Assembly (NCBI GenBank): GCA_964012805.1
Contig: CAXGUD010000001.1
Span: forward strand, 96,001-160,000
Source: an uncultured Bacteriovoracaceae bacterium
GTDB taxonomy: Bacteria; Bdellovibrionota; Bacteriovoracia; Bacteriovoracales; Bacteriovoracaceae
Direction: 5' to 3'
DNA length: 64,000 bases
Shown here in pieces: positions 43,277 to 53,573 of the stretch (the first letter of the stretch is position 1; each line of letters opens with the position of its first letter). Made by a program: the position numbers and the translations under genes. The notes under the pieces are model-generated. The model was given only the letters and a program-made list of their open reading frames with translations. It was not told the origin of the DNA and ran no database searches.

Positions 43277-45853
43277 CTAGCTTTTCTTTTTATCTTCAAT
43301 GATTTTCTCTACCTCTTTTATACTTAAGGCTAAAACTTTATCTTTATCATTTTTTAGATCGTCAGGAAGGCCTATATTCTTTGAACCAAATTTAATATAA
43401 AACCCGTATTTTCCCTCGTAGATGCCTACCTTCTTTTTCAGCTTAGATTTACCTTCGAAGTCTTTAATAAGTTTACTTCTCCTTGAAGCCTTCTTTTCCT
43501 CCGCCAATATTTCTAAAGCACGATCCAACTTAATTTCATAGACATCGTCGTCTTTTTTAAGAGACCTAAAGTCCCCATCACACATTACATAAGGTCCAAA
43601 TCGGCCTAAATTAGCAAGAACCGGCTCGCCCTTTTCAGGGTGGACTCCCAGCTCGCGAGGAAGAGAAAGAACCTTTACAGCTTCTTCCAAGGTCACAGTT
43701 TGGGGTGTAAGAGGTTTTGGCAGGCTGGCCCTTCTAGGCGTCGGGTTTTCCTCGTTCTTTTCACCCAACTGCAAATAAGCTCCATAGCGCCCTATCAGGC
43801 AATAAATATTCTCTTTTTTATCCGGGTGAACTCCAATAGGAACTGGCCCTTTTTCCTGCATTTCGATCAATTGCTCAATATCTTCACTTTTTAAATCGGC
43901 GGGCGCAATATCCTCAGGAATTGACGCACGAACCTCGTCATCACCTTTTGCTGATTTATCACTGACAAGGTAAGGCCCAAAGCGACCTACCTTAATCTCA
44001 GCTTTTTTGTCATAAATATGAGGTAACTCGATAGTCCTGGTTTGTTCTGGCTTTATCTTTTTTTCATTCTCTTCAACCTTGGATTTTAAACCAGACTTTC
44101 CAAGGTAAAACTTTTTTAGGTATTTCTTATGATCAAGCTCTCCATAAGCAATATCATCAAGAGATTGCTCCATGGTTTTAGTAAACTCATAGTTCACAAG
44201 GCTCTCAAAATAATTTTCTAGAAGTTGAATAACAGCGATCCCTGTAAAAGTAGGGACCAAAGTATTGCTTACTTTGCGGACGTAGCCACGATCTAAAATT
44301 GTATTAATAATACTTGCGTAGGTAGAAGGACGACCAATTTCTCGCTTTTCCAAATTGTTTACAAGAGAGGCTTCTGTAAACCTAGCTGGCGGCTTTGTTG
44401 AATGGTCTGTTGGTTTGAGTCCGCCTTCTTTAACCTTTAGCTTATCACCCGTTTCAAAATGCGGTAGGATAACCTCTTTATCGTCAAGCGCTGCACCAGG
44501 ATCATCTCGGCCCTCTACATAAACCCTTAGAAAGCCTGGAAAGACGATTTTTGTACCATTGGCTTGAAAATCTAACTCACCAACTTTAATTTTTACAACT
44601 TGAGACGATTTTTGTGCATCAGACATTTGGCAAGCAAGAGTCCTTTTCCAAATTAACTCATATAGAGACTTCTCTTTCCCTGAAAAGCTTATATCTTTTG
44701 GGTGAACAAACTGACTTCCTGCAGGCCTTATTGCTTCGTGGGCCTCTTGAGCCCCTTTGGACTTAGATTTAAATTGCCTAATTGTAGGAGATAAGTATTC
44801 TTTACCATAGAGACCCTCTATCTCTTTTCTAGCCGCTTCTACAGCTTGCTTAGATAAAGTCGGCGAGTCAGTCCTCATATAAGTGATAAGCCCTTCCTCA
44901 TAGAGCTTTTGAGCAACACCCATAACCTCTCGCGTACTCATACCTAGCTTACGGTTTCCTTCCTGCTGAAGTGTCGAGGTTATAAAAGGCGGCAATGGCC
45001 TAGAAACAGAGCTTGTTTCCTTTATACTTTCAACCTTCCAGTCTACTTTCTTAGACAACTCAGCTAAACGGGAAGCCTCTTTTTTATCGAGAACAATAAC
45101 GCCCTTATCTGTTTTAAGCTCTCCAGTCTTATCGTCAAAGTCTTTACCAACAGCGATCCTTTTGCCATTTACGTGGGTACACTTGGCCATAAACTCTTCC
45201 TTAGACCCAGGAAGAGACAAGTCATCCGCTCTAATGCCCCAATAGTTGGCACTTTTGAAAAGCATTCTTTCTCGCTCTCTCTCTACAATAAGCCTAAGTC
45301 CAGAAGACTGGACTCTTCCTGCAGAAAGACCGTAACAGATCTTTTTCCAGAGCAAAGGAGAAAGGGTGTAACCAAAAATACGATCCAGAACCCTTCTCGC
45401 TTCCTGGGCCCTTACCAATTGCATATCAATATCGCGGCAATTATTTAGGGCCTCCTGGATTGCTGGTTTGGTTATTTCATGAAAAACCATTCTCTTGACG
45501 GGAATTTTTGGAGCAAGTATCTGGGTTAAATGCCAAGAAATACTCTCTCCTTCACGGTCCTCATCGGTCGCGAGGTAAAGGACATCTGCTGACTTTAATT
45601 TTTTCTTTAACTCACGAACAAACTTAAACTTACCTTTTGGTGTTACATATAAAGGTTCAAAATCTTTATCAACATTCACGCCAAGTTTGGCCCAATCTTC
45701 TTTTTTTAGATTCTTAGGAATTTCAGCTGCCGACTGTGGTAAGTCCCTCAGGTGACCCATACTAGCTTCAACGATATAGTCTTTAGAAAGAAACTTCTTA
45801 ATCGTTTTTGCCTTAGTGGGTGACTCGACTATAACCAGATGTGTCAAACTCAT
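43277..45853 (-). CDS. topA: DNA topoisomerase I (with Topo_C repeats)
   Basis: IVESPTKAK, ATDEDREGE, SAGRVQS, ITYMRTDS, GRPSTYA; GRFGPY repeats. Confidence 0.98.
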   Translation of the reverse strand: MSLTHLVIVESPTKAKTIKKFLSKDYIVEASMGHLRDLPQSAAEIPKNLKKEDWAKLGVNVDKDFEPLYVTPKGKFKFVRELKKKLKSADVLYLATDEDREGESISWHLTQILAPKIPVKRMVFHEITKPAIQEALNNCRDIDMQLVRAQEARRVLDRIFGYTLSPLLWKKICYGLSAGRVQSSGLRLIVERERERMLFKSANYWGIRADDLSLPGSKEEFMAKCTHVNGKRIAVGKDFDDKTGELKTDKGVIVLDKKEASRLAELSKKVDWKVESIKETSSVSRPLPPFITSTLQQEGNRKLGMSTREVMGVAQKLYEEGLITYMRTDSPTLSKQAVEAARKEIEGLYGKEYLSPTIRQFKSKSKGAQEAHEAIRPAGSQFVHPKDISFSGKEKSLYELIWKRTLACQMSDAQKSSQVVKIKVGELDFQANGTKIVFPGFLRVYVEGRDDPGAALDDKEVILPHFETGDKLKVKEGGLKPTDHSTKPPARFTEASLVNNLEKREIGRPSTYASIINTILDRGYVRKVSNTLVPTFTGIAVIQLLENYFESLVNYEFTKTMEQSLDDIAYGELDHKKYLKKFYLGKSGLKSKVEENEKKIKPEQTRTIELPHIYDKKAEIKVGRFGPYLVSDKSAKGDDEVRASIPEDIAPADLKSEDIEQLIEMQEKGPVPIGVHPDKKENIYCLIGRYGAYLQLGEKNEENPTPRRASLPKPLTPQTVTLEEAVKVLSLPRELGVHPEKGEPVLANLGRFGPYVMCDGDFRSLKKDDDVYEIKLDRALEILAEEKKASRRSKLIKDFEGKSKLKKKVGIYEGKYGFYIKFGSKNIGLPDDLKNDKDKVLALSIKEVEKIIEDKKKS

Positions 45854-46011
45854 GATTTTGTCCTTAATCTACTACATTCTATTTCATTTTAGAAAATGGC
45901 TTCTATTGAAACTCAAACGAATTCTATCTAATAGCTTAAGCTATTCTCTGTCCTTTAGCCAATTTATGCCATTAACTCAATGATTTTTAAAGAAATTAAA
46001 ATAAAGAAAAG

Positions 46012-46299
46012 TTATTCGCAGGCCGCAATACACTTTTTTCGCTCTCCAAAACATTCTCTCTTTCTCTTGAGGCTCCCCATTCCCTTGCTATCAATGCACA
46101 TCAACATTTGGCCTACATTCTCGCTAAAACAAGCCTCTTTTGACAAAGGTGAACCTTTGATCAAACATTGATACATACTTTTATAACATTTCTTGGCACA
46201 TGCTTTGCTCTCTGATGCTACGGCTTCACTGTCCGCCAAACTATAGGCAAAAAAGAATAAAAGTCCCCCAAAAACCCAGCTTAAACAAACGTTCTTCAC
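46012..46299 (-). CDS. Small secreted Cys-rich protein
   Basis: GTG start with SD AAGGAG; signal peptide; eight Cys in the mature part including two CxxxC. Confidence 0.6.
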   Translation of the reverse strand: MKNVCLSWVFGGLLFFFAYSLADSEAVASESKACAKKCYKSMYQCLIKGSPLSKEACFSENVGQMLMCIDSKGMGSLKRKRECFGERKKCIAACE

Positions 46300-46425
46300 T
46301 GCATAGCTCCTTAGTAAAGACCAAGTTTCCAGATTATTTCGGTTAAATGCCTCATTCAATTTAACTCGTTTATTCTTAAAACCTTTTTTGAATTCAAAAA
46401 AATTTGAAACCCAACAATCCTCTGA

Positions 46426-46438
46426 TAATTCCTTGATT
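46426..46438. promoter_or_regulatory. IHF consensus match in a divergent intergenic region
   Basis: TAATTCCTTGATT matches the reverse complement of WATCAANNNNTTR. Confidence 0.3.
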
Positions 46439-46479
46439 TTAGTGTGTTGTAATGGAGGAAAAGTGAGGATGCATACAAA

Positions 46480-46857
46480 ATGGGAAAAAACAATAAGGTC
46501 ATAAGCCTTGGCAGGATTTTTCGCACCCTATTGGTTGGAGCCATTTTATTTTATTCTTTTGATACTCATTCAAGAGCGGATAACTCTATGCTCCTTCTCT
46601 CGGCAACAATAAAAAATATAGGCCACACAAAATCAAAAGAACTTACCACCCTAGCGGTTTTTAGAACAAACCCAGAATTTTATAAACTGAATACCATTTT
46701 ATCTGATGGCCCCAAAGTGCATTTTAAAAAGCCGCTTGAACAAGACCTTTACTTCTTTTTTGGTCCCTACATAAAAGACACAACCACGAGAGTAAAGAGT
46801 CAAAATCTTGAATTCAACAAAGTTTTAAGGGACCTCTTTAAATTTCATTTTAACTGA
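46480..46857 (+). CDS. Hypothetical exported protein
   Basis: SD GAGGA; signal-like N-terminus. Confidence 0.5.
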   Translation: MGKNNKVISLGRIFRTLLVGAILFYSFDTHSRADNSMLLLSATIKNIGHTKSKELTTLAVFRTNPEFYKLNTILSDGPKVHFKKPLEQDLYFFFGPYIKDTTTRVKSQNLEFNKVLRDLFKFHFN

Positions 46858-46995
46858 CTATATAAATAATTTTTATTTATATATCTTCCTGATAACCAAA
46901 CCAAACCATAGTCGCTTTTAACCTTAACAGAGCTCATTTAATTATTTATTCTGACTTACGACCTCTTACCGTTTCTAAGAGAAAGGAACAAACAA

Positions 46996-48429
46996 ATGAA
47001 TCATGAACAAATCAAAAAGGTTTTCAAAGAAGTCTGTCCGAGCGGCATTGACTTTATTTCTTTAAAGCTCATTAAGACTAAGGCGAAGCTCTGTTCTGTT
47101 AAAAACAGTTTTCCTCATTCAAATAAGCTCGTCATGGATGAAGGAGTTCAAATTGAGGTCCTTCACAAGGGTCAATTTTCCTACGCTGCGACTCACGACG
47201 TTTCACCCCAGGGCATTAAAGCTGCCGTTAATAAGGCCATATTTTTAAATGAGCACTCATTAAAATGGAACCTCTATCCTTTTTCTTTAAAAACGAGACC
47301 AAGCTTTGAGCTGAGGAATAAAAAAACCTCATCGAAAGACCTTAAGACCAAAACAACTCTTGGCGAGATTAACGATGTTTTAAGTCTGGCCTGTGATGTG
47401 ATGAAAAAAGAATCCGGTATCATTCACTGCGAGGGCCATGGGTCTTTAAGAAATATTGAAACCTATTACTTGACCACAAATGGGAGTGAGGACCTAAATT
47501 CCAAGAACCTACTTGATTTCTCTCTCAAAGCGATAGCGAAAAACGATAACGACATCCAAACAAGAACCTGGGGAAATACCCTTCAGTTGGGACCCTCTTT
47601 TTTTCAAAAAGACCTCTTTAAAAAAGAAGCCTTTCGAGTTGCAAGAGAGGCGGTTGAATTAACCCACGCACCTGAGTGCCCGACAGAAACAATGGACCTC
47701 ATTATTCTTCCAGACCAAATGATCCTCCAAATTCATGAATCAATAGGACACCCTTTAGAATTAGACAGAATCTTGGGAGATGAGAGGAACTACGCAGGCC
47801 TTAGCTTTATTAAAAAGGAAAACTTTGGCGAGTACCAGTACGGCTCTCCCAAGCTTAATATAACTTTTGATCCAACCGTCGAAACGGAAGCGGCCAGTTA
47901 CAGCTTAGACGATACAGGCGTTAAAGCATCAAAAGAATTCATCATAAAAGAAGGAAAGCTTTTAAGGGGCTTAGGCTCACTTGAAAGCCAAGAAAGGACA
48001 AATTTAAAAGGCGTTGCCTGCTCTAGAATGTCCTCTTGGAACAGACCACCCATAGATAGAATGGCAAACCTCAACTTGGAGCCTGGTGTGGCAACATTTG
48101 ACTCCATGGTATCACAGGTGAAAAGAGGAATTGTTATGGCCACCAACAAAAGTTGGTCCATTGACGATTATAGAAACAAATTTCAGTTCGGGTGTGAATA
48201 CGCCCAACTTATCGAGGATGGTCGAACTACAAAAATTGTTAAAAACCCAAACTATCGAGGTATAACCACCCCTTTTTGGCACAATCTTAAAGAAGTAGGA
48301 GATGCTAAATCTCGTGAGATTTTTGGGACTGCTTACTGTGGAAAAGGTGAGCCTAATCAGGCCATCGAGGTAGGCCACGCATCACCTGCCTGCCTTTTTG
48401 AAAATATTGAAGTTTTTGGAGGAGCCTAA
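46996..48429 (+). CDS. tldD: TldD metalloprotease
   Basis: QIHESIGHPLELDR, PIDRMANL, CGKGEPNQ. Confidence 0.93.
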   Translation: MNHEQIKKVFKEVCPSGIDFISLKLIKTKAKLCSVKNSFPHSNKLVMDEGVQIEVLHKGQFSYAATHDVSPQGIKAAVNKAIFLNEHSLKWNLYPFSLKTRPSFELRNKKTSSKDLKTKTTLGEINDVLSLACDVMKKESGIIHCEGHGSLRNIETYYLTTNGSEDLNSKNLLDFSLKAIAKNDNDIQTRTWGNTLQLGPSFFQKDLFKKEAFRVAREAVELTHAPECPTETMDLIILPDQMILQIHESIGHPLELDRILGDERNYAGLSFIKKENFGEYQYGSPKLNITFDPTVETEAASYSLDDTGVKASKEFIIKEGKLLRGLGSLESQERTNLKGVACSRMSSWNRPPIDRMANLNLEPGVATFDSMVSQVKRGIVMATNKSWSIDDYRNKFQFGCEYAQLIEDGRTTKIVKNPNYRGITTPFWHNLKEVGDAKSREIFGTAYCGKGEPNQAIEVGHASPACLFENIEVFGGA

Positions 48430-48432
48430 GTC

Positions 48433-49785
48433 ATGGAAAATTATTTTAAAAAGGAAACATTTTACAATATTGGACAAGACCTCTTTAAAAACCTGGAAAA
48501 AGATGAAGATTTAACTATTGCCCTTAGTGGAGAGGAAACAAACTACGTTAGGTTTAATGGGGCCAAAGTTAGGCAATCACTCAATGTTATTCAGGGTGAT
48601 TTTATCATGACTCTCAATTCTAAGAATAAAACAGCTTCTTTAAGAGTTGGCTTTGCTGATTGCAAAGAAGAAGGCCAGTACGAAAGGAACTTAAACCGCT
48701 TGAAAGATGGCTTAAAAGAATTAAGGGTTGAAACCTCCACTCTACCAGAAGACCCTTACCTTGTTCCCACTGAAAATCATGGCCATTATGAAAAAGAACA
48801 TGTGGGTTCATTGCCCTCAACCAATAAGCTCATGGAAAACATTTTAGGAGCCAATCAAGAAATCGACCTTGTGGGAGTCTACTCAGGTGGGCGCTTATTA
48901 AGGGCAAATCTTAACTCCAAAGGGCAAAAACAATGGTTTTCCACAATTAATTTCCTTGTCGACTTTTCTCTTTACGATAAAAACCATAACGCTGTTAAAG
49001 AACAATACGGCGGCGCAAATTGGAACCAAGAAGCTTTTTCACAGCAAATCAAGCTTGCCAAAAAACAATTAGAGCTTATGGCCAAACCTAAGATTAAAGT
49101 TCCTAGAGGACATTATAAAACTTACTTTGGACCGGCCGCTGTTCATGAAATTCTCGGAATGATGAGCTGGGGTGCCGTTAGCGGTTCGTCCTGGAAAAAG
49201 GGAGAGTCCGCTCTTGGCCAACTTGCTGATGGAACTAAAAAGCTGTCCCCAAAATTTTCTCTTCAAGAAAACTTTGAGCTCGGTCTCTGCCCACCCTTTA
49301 ATGAGAGAGGAGAAATTTCTAAAGAAAAGCTTTCCATTATTTCAAATGGTAACTTAGAAACCTTCCTTATAAGCTCAAAAACAGCTCAAGAGTATAATTT
49401 AGAGGACAATGGAGCAAGTCAATATGAAGGACTTCGAAGTCCATCTATTCTTCCTGGTGATCTAAAAGAAGAAGATATCCTAAAAAGTATTGGAACAGGA
49501 CTTTACCTTTCAAACCTGCATTACCTTAATTGGAGTGACCAGCGAGGTGGTCGGATGACTGGTATGACACGTTTTGCTTGCTTTTGGGTAGAAAATGGTG
49601 AACTGGTGGCCCCAATTGAAGACCTCCGCTTCGACGAATCACTTTACAAATTCTTTGGAGAAAACCTTATCGATCTAACTCAATTTACAGAAACCTTTCC
49701 TGAAACTGGAAGTTATCAAAACAAAGGGATCGGTGGCTCTAAAGTTCCGGGAATGATCGTCAAAGATTTTGCTTTTACGCTTTAA
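48433..49785 (+). CDS. TldE/PmbA partner subunit
   Basis: Follows tldD by 3 nt; RFNGAKVRQ, LHYLNWSD, TGMTRFACF. Confidence 0.88.
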   Translation: MENYFKKETFYNIGQDLFKNLEKDEDLTIALSGEETNYVRFNGAKVRQSLNVIQGDFIMTLNSKNKTASLRVGFADCKEEGQYERNLNRLKDGLKELRVETSTLPEDPYLVPTENHGHYEKEHVGSLPSTNKLMENILGANQEIDLVGVYSGGRLLRANLNSKGQKQWFSTINFLVDFSLYDKNHNAVKEQYGGANWNQEAFSQQIKLAKKQLELMAKPKIKVPRGHYKTYFGPAAVHEILGMMSWGAVSGSSWKKGESALGQLADGTKKLSPKFSLQENFELGLCPPFNERGEISKEKLSIISNGNLETFLISSKTAQEYNLEDNGASQYEGLRSPSILPGDLKEEDILKSIGTGLYLSNLHYLNWSDQRGGRMTGMTRFACFWVENGELVAPIEDLRFDESLYKFFGENLIDLTQFTETFPETGSYQNKGIGGSKVPGMIVKDFAFTL

Positions 49786-49810
49786 TGATTCATTAAAGCG
49801 TAAAAGCAAA
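49768..49810. repeat. Perfect 21-bp inverted repeat with a 1-nt spacer
   Basis: TTTGCTTTTACGCTTTAATGA-T-TCATTAAAGCGTAAAAGCAAA spanning the tldE stop. Confidence 0.95.
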
Positions 49811-49825
49811 GCAAAGTTAGAAATT

Positions 49826-50236
49826 TCAGGACTTTCTTTTATAAAAATTGACAATTAGAAAGGACCAGCCAATAAGGAAGGCAAAGCCCCCAAGGGGCAC
49901 AATCATGGCCAAAAACTTTACTTTAGTGAGAGCATATAAATAACAATTAAAAGAGAAGAGCAGGATACCCGCAGTAAAAAAAGCTCCCGCCCTTTTTAAA
50001 CTGGGACTTGGGTCAATCCCGGAGAGTTCACCATGTGATTGACAAAGACCTACAATGAGAAGGGCAAACCCATGATAGAAATGATAGGTCACTCCTGTTT
50101 TAAATGTGGCCATTGCCTTGCCGCTCAATAACTTTGTAAGACCATGAGCACCAAAAGCACCTATGGCCACCGCCAAAAATAAAAACAAAGCTCCCAAAAA
50201 CAACCAATTATTTTTTAATTCATTTATCTTTTTCAT
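49826..50236 (-). CDS. DUF423 (YgdD/TMEM256) membrane protein
   Basis: AVAIGAFGAHGL, TGVTYHFYH, GILLFS, PLGG. Confidence 0.92.
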   Translation of the reverse strand: MKKINELKNNWLFLGALFLFLAVAIGAFGAHGLTKLLSGKAMATFKTGVTYHFYHGFALLIVGLCQSHGELSGIDPSPSLKRAGAFFTAGILLFSFNCYLYALTKVKFLAMIVPLGGFAFLIGWSFLIVNFYKRKS

Positions 50237-50245
50237 GAGCCTCTT

Positions 50246-50572
50246 TTACCTTCGTTTTAAACCAGAGTCTATATTTCTTGCATAATTTACGAGGTTCCTT
50301 TTTTCTTCACTACTTTTAGAAAAATGGAAAAAAAACTCTTCGTTATTGAACAAAAGATCATCTTCTTCACTAAGGACCTTATAAAAGTCTCTCAAAAGGG
50401 CCGTGGACAAAGAAATAGGTACTTTTTTTATAGACCTCATTTCAATAATTAACTTTTTGACAGCAGCGTCCTTAAGGTGAGAAAAAATTTTTTGACAAGC
50501 GTCTCTACCTAAAAGGCTTAAAATAATGGCCGATTTTTTTAAAGGATCTAGTTTACCTTTCAAATCATTCAT
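50246..50572 (-). CDS. Stand-alone FliG N-terminal-domain-like protein
   Basis: LDPLKKSAIILSLLG..C.KIFSHL...VKKL...M resembles FliG_N (KAAILL.SLG...A..I..HL). Confidence 0.6.
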   Translation of the reverse strand: MNDLKGKLDPLKKSAIILSLLGRDACQKIFSHLKDAAVKKLIIEMRSIKKVPISLSTALLRDFYKVLSEEDDLLFNNEEFFFHFSKSSEEKRNLVNYARNIDSGLKRR

Positions 50573-50590
50573 ATTGGCCCCACAAGTCTT

Positions 50591-52012
50591 CTAAAACCAA
50601 ACTACCTTTTTTAATCGTTTTATCAAAGGGTAAAGAAGAAGACCCAAACTGGTCGCTAATAGGCCCATATAAAATTCATCCATTCCCTCAAGAAAGCCTT
50701 TAGGAGGCCAGTTACGCCAATAAGTGACCATTAAGACCCCCATGAGGCAACCGAATACAAACTGACCATCCCCTATTTTTTTTGGAAATAAGTAAGCAAA
50801 GAGAACAGGAAAAAGCATACAAGCCGCAGAATAGCTTCCCAGAGTTTTCCAAACGGCTTTAATATTTCCTTGGAAAAACTCTGCAAGGACAAGAGAAAGG
50901 ACTCCAACACCTAAAACTCCACAATAATGGGCAAACTTTTTTTTCCTAAAGCTTTCAGGAAGAAGGTCAAAACTCACGGTTGTCCCTGCTAAAAAAAGAT
51001 ACGAGTCCAAAGTTGAGAGAATCGTCGCTAAAATGCCTGCCAAAATAAAGCCTTTGAGCCCATCTGGCAAAACTTGGAGGGCGTAAACAATGTAGGCTTG
51101 GCCTGATTCAGCCTCAGGCATTACCGCCCTAGCGTACATAGCTCCAAAGGTCGTGCAGAGGTCAAATAAAACCCAAACACAAGTTGAAACTAAAATCCCC
51201 TTTTTAGCGACTTTTGGAGATGCTGCCGCAAAACATCTTTGATAAAAGTTTGGATCTACAAGCGTGGAAAGAGCTATAAAGCCCCACACTAAAGTAACAC
51301 CAAAAGACTCTCCTCCGGTTAATGAGAAATGACTTTCAGGAAGATTTTTCATTAAAAAATCCAAACCTCCATAATTACCAATAGAAAAAAATAATATAAG
51401 CGCAACCGACGAGCACATCACAACAAATTGAACAAGATCAGAAAAAACAACGGCCCTTAACCCCCCCCAGAGAGAGTAGAGAATAACCACCAAAAGCCCA
51501 ATTCCCATCATAAGGATCATAGGGCCACCAAAGAGGGCCTTCAAAAAAAGGCCAAGGCTTATGACATAGGCAATCGGGAGGACGTTAAAAAAATTAAAAA
51601 GAGCACTTAGTCTTGAAGATTTTGGGCCAAAAAGCTTCCCTACTAAATCGGGTAAGGTTATGGCCTTATAGGATGCGACTCGATCAACGATGAAAAAAGC
51701 AAAAATTAAGTATGCAATATACCAAAAAATACCTTGAGTTAGAAAATTATAAAGCCCTTTTTCAAAAGCTATTTGAGTTACTCCAAAAATACCGCCATAC
51801 CATGTGGCCACTAATGTGCTTATAAAAAGAGGCAAAGTAAGCCTCCTGCCCATCAGTAATAACTCCAAAATATGAGCTTCTTCATTACTTTCTTGATTTT
51901 TTAATTTATGACCGTATACAACTGCAAAAAAAGTTGCCATAAGGACTAAACAAAAAATAATCCAGTCAAATAAAGATAAAAATTGAAAAAGATCACCATT
52001 TTTACTCATCAT
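50591..52012 (-). CDS. Sodium:solute symporter family protein
   Basis: STLVATWYGG, YSLWGGLRAVVFSDLVQ, QRCFAA, LATILSTLDS. Confidence 0.92.
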   Translation of the reverse strand: MMSKNGDLFQFLSLFDWIIFCLVLMATFFAVVYGHKLKNQESNEEAHILELLLMGRRLTLPLFISTLVATWYGGIFGVTQIAFEKGLYNFLTQGIFWYIAYLIFAFFIVDRVASYKAITLPDLVGKLFGPKSSRLSALFNFFNVLPIAYVISLGLFLKALFGGPMILMMGIGLLVVILYSLWGGLRAVVFSDLVQFVVMCSSVALILFFSIGNYGGLDFLMKNLPESHFSLTGGESFGVTLVWGFIALSTLVDPNFYQRCFAAASPKVAKKGILVSTCVWVLFDLCTTFGAMYARAVMPEAESGQAYIVYALQVLPDGLKGFILAGILATILSTLDSYLFLAGTTVSFDLLPESFRKKKFAHYCGVLGVGVLSLVLAEFFQGNIKAVWKTLGSYSAACMLFPVLFAYLFPKKIGDGQFVFGCLMGVLMVTYWRNWPPKGFLEGMDEFYMGLLATSLGLLLYPLIKRLKKVVWF

Positions 52013-52153
52013 TTTCCTTCCAAGAATTTTGTTCTTATGAAAACTTGAATCCCTTTATCTTTTAGGAGGATTTTAGACCTTCTTTATCCCGTTTTCTTAA
52101 CATGTTACCATCGAAATTCAGTTATCATTTAATGATTTTTGGCAGGTAGAGTA

Positions 52154-52525
52154 ATGAATATTTTAATAGTTGAGGACTCAGACACAGTAAGAAGAGAGTT
52201 AAAGAAGCTTCTTGAAAAACATGGGCATAAAGCATTTGAGGCGGAAAATGGTGCTGACGGTATTAGTTTTCTTGAGAATACAAAAGATGAAATTGAACTG
52301 ATTATTTCAGATCTTGAAATGCCAATCATGGATGGAATGGAGCTTATTCAAAAATGCCGTGAAATCCCAAAATACGAAGACACTCCCTGCCTTATTTACA
52401 CTTCAAACATTAGACCCGACATCAGAAACAAGTTAAAAAATCACGGAATTCAGGCCATCTTGCCTAAGCCACTTAAAGAAAATCACATGATGAAGATTGT
52501 AAGTAGCGTACGAAAAAAATCCTAA
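52154..52525 (+). CDS. Single-domain response regulator (CheY-like)
   Basis: IVEDS, SDLEMPIMDG, YTS, LPKP. Confidence 0.92.
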   Translation: MNILIVEDSDTVRRELKKLLEKHGHKAFEAENGADGISFLENTKDEIELIISDLEMPIMDGMELIQKCREIPKYEDTPCLIYTSNIRPDIRNKLKNHGIQAILPKPLKENHMMKIVSSVRKKS

Positions 52526-52538
52526 ATTAATGGACTTT

Positions 52539-53573
52539 TTAATTCTTAGGCAACAAAGGATGAACTACTTTCTTCCATAAAGGAGGAAAAGCAGCCAAAA
52601 GCATCATAGTAGGATAGCCCCAAGGTAGTTGAGGAGCTTTGTTATAAGTTCTAAGATTTTGAAAGGGCCTTTCAGCAAAAGCATGATGATCTGAATGACG
52701 CTGAAGATTAATCAAAAGCGCATTTGAGAACAGATAGTCTGAGTTCCAAGAATGATAAGGCCTTACTTTCTCAAAGCGACCGGATGGATTCTTTTTTCTT
52801 TCCAAACCATAATGTTCAACATAATTAATAATTTCCAAAAATAAGATGGCCAACCCCGCCTGGGTGAAAAAAAGGATCAGGCCCTTTTCTCCACCTAAAA
52901 AAGTAAATGCCACCCCGAGAAAAGCTGTCATTGAAGTCAAAATTATTGTCTCATTTTTCCAAAATACCTTTTCCCGCCTGTCAAAATAACCTAACTGGAA
53001 AGCACTTTTATATGATCCAATTATTGTTCTTGGTAGAAAACGATAAAGACTTTCACCAAAACGGGAACTCGCTGGGTCTCTCTCAGTGGAAACATTCCTA
53101 TGGTGACCCTTATTATGTTCCACAAAAAAGTGCCCATAACCCACATGAACGAGTAAAATTTTTGCCATAAACTGATATCTTTTTTCCTTTCTGTGACCTA
53201 GTTCATGGGCCAAAGTTATACCCATTCCACCTGTCACGAGACCAAGGGAAAAAATAAGTCCCAAAGCTTCATATAGAGACAATTGGTATTGGGTAAAAAC
53301 CAAAAGAGAAAAGTACAAAGAACCCAAAACCCCAAAAAATAGGAAACAAAGAAGTAAGTTATATATCTGATTTTTTTCTAGCTTTTTATAAGTTTCCTCA
53401 GAAAAGTTCTCAGTATCACGACCTATTAACTTATCTATTAGAGGAACCAGAACAAAAGAAAAGACCGGAATAATCATTAGAGAGTATCCTCTCCAAAATA
53501 GTGAAACAGCGAAAAGAGAAAGAAAAACAAGTGGGGTTACAAAACTGAAAGGGTACCAACATCTTTTTGCCAT
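52539..53573 (-). CDS. alkB: Alkane 1-monooxygenase family membrane diiron enzyme
   Basis: AHELGH, EHNKGHH, NYVEHYGL, LQRHSDHHA, APQLP.GY. Confidence 0.92.
   Translation of the reverse strand: MAKRCWYPFSFVTPLVFLSLFAVSLFWRGYSLMIIPVFSFVLVPLIDKLIGRDTENFSEETYKKLEKNQIYNLLLCFLFFGVLGSLYFSLLVFTQYQLSLYEALGLIFSLGLVTGGMGITLAHELGHRKEKRYQFMAKILLVHVGYGHFFVEHNKGHHRNVSTERDPASSRFGESLYRFLPRTIIGSYKSAFQLGYFDRREKVFWKNETIILTSMTAFLGVAFTFLGGEKGLILFFTQAGLAILFLEIINYVEHYGLERKKNPSGRFEKVRPYHSWNSDYLFSNALLINLQRHSDHHAFAERPFQNLRTYNKAPQLPWGYPTMMLLAAFPPLWKKVVHPLLPKN

Noticed and set aside
46996..49785. RiPP cluster around tldD/E
   Set aside because: No YcaO, cyclodehydratase, radical SAM or clear precursor peptide in the window
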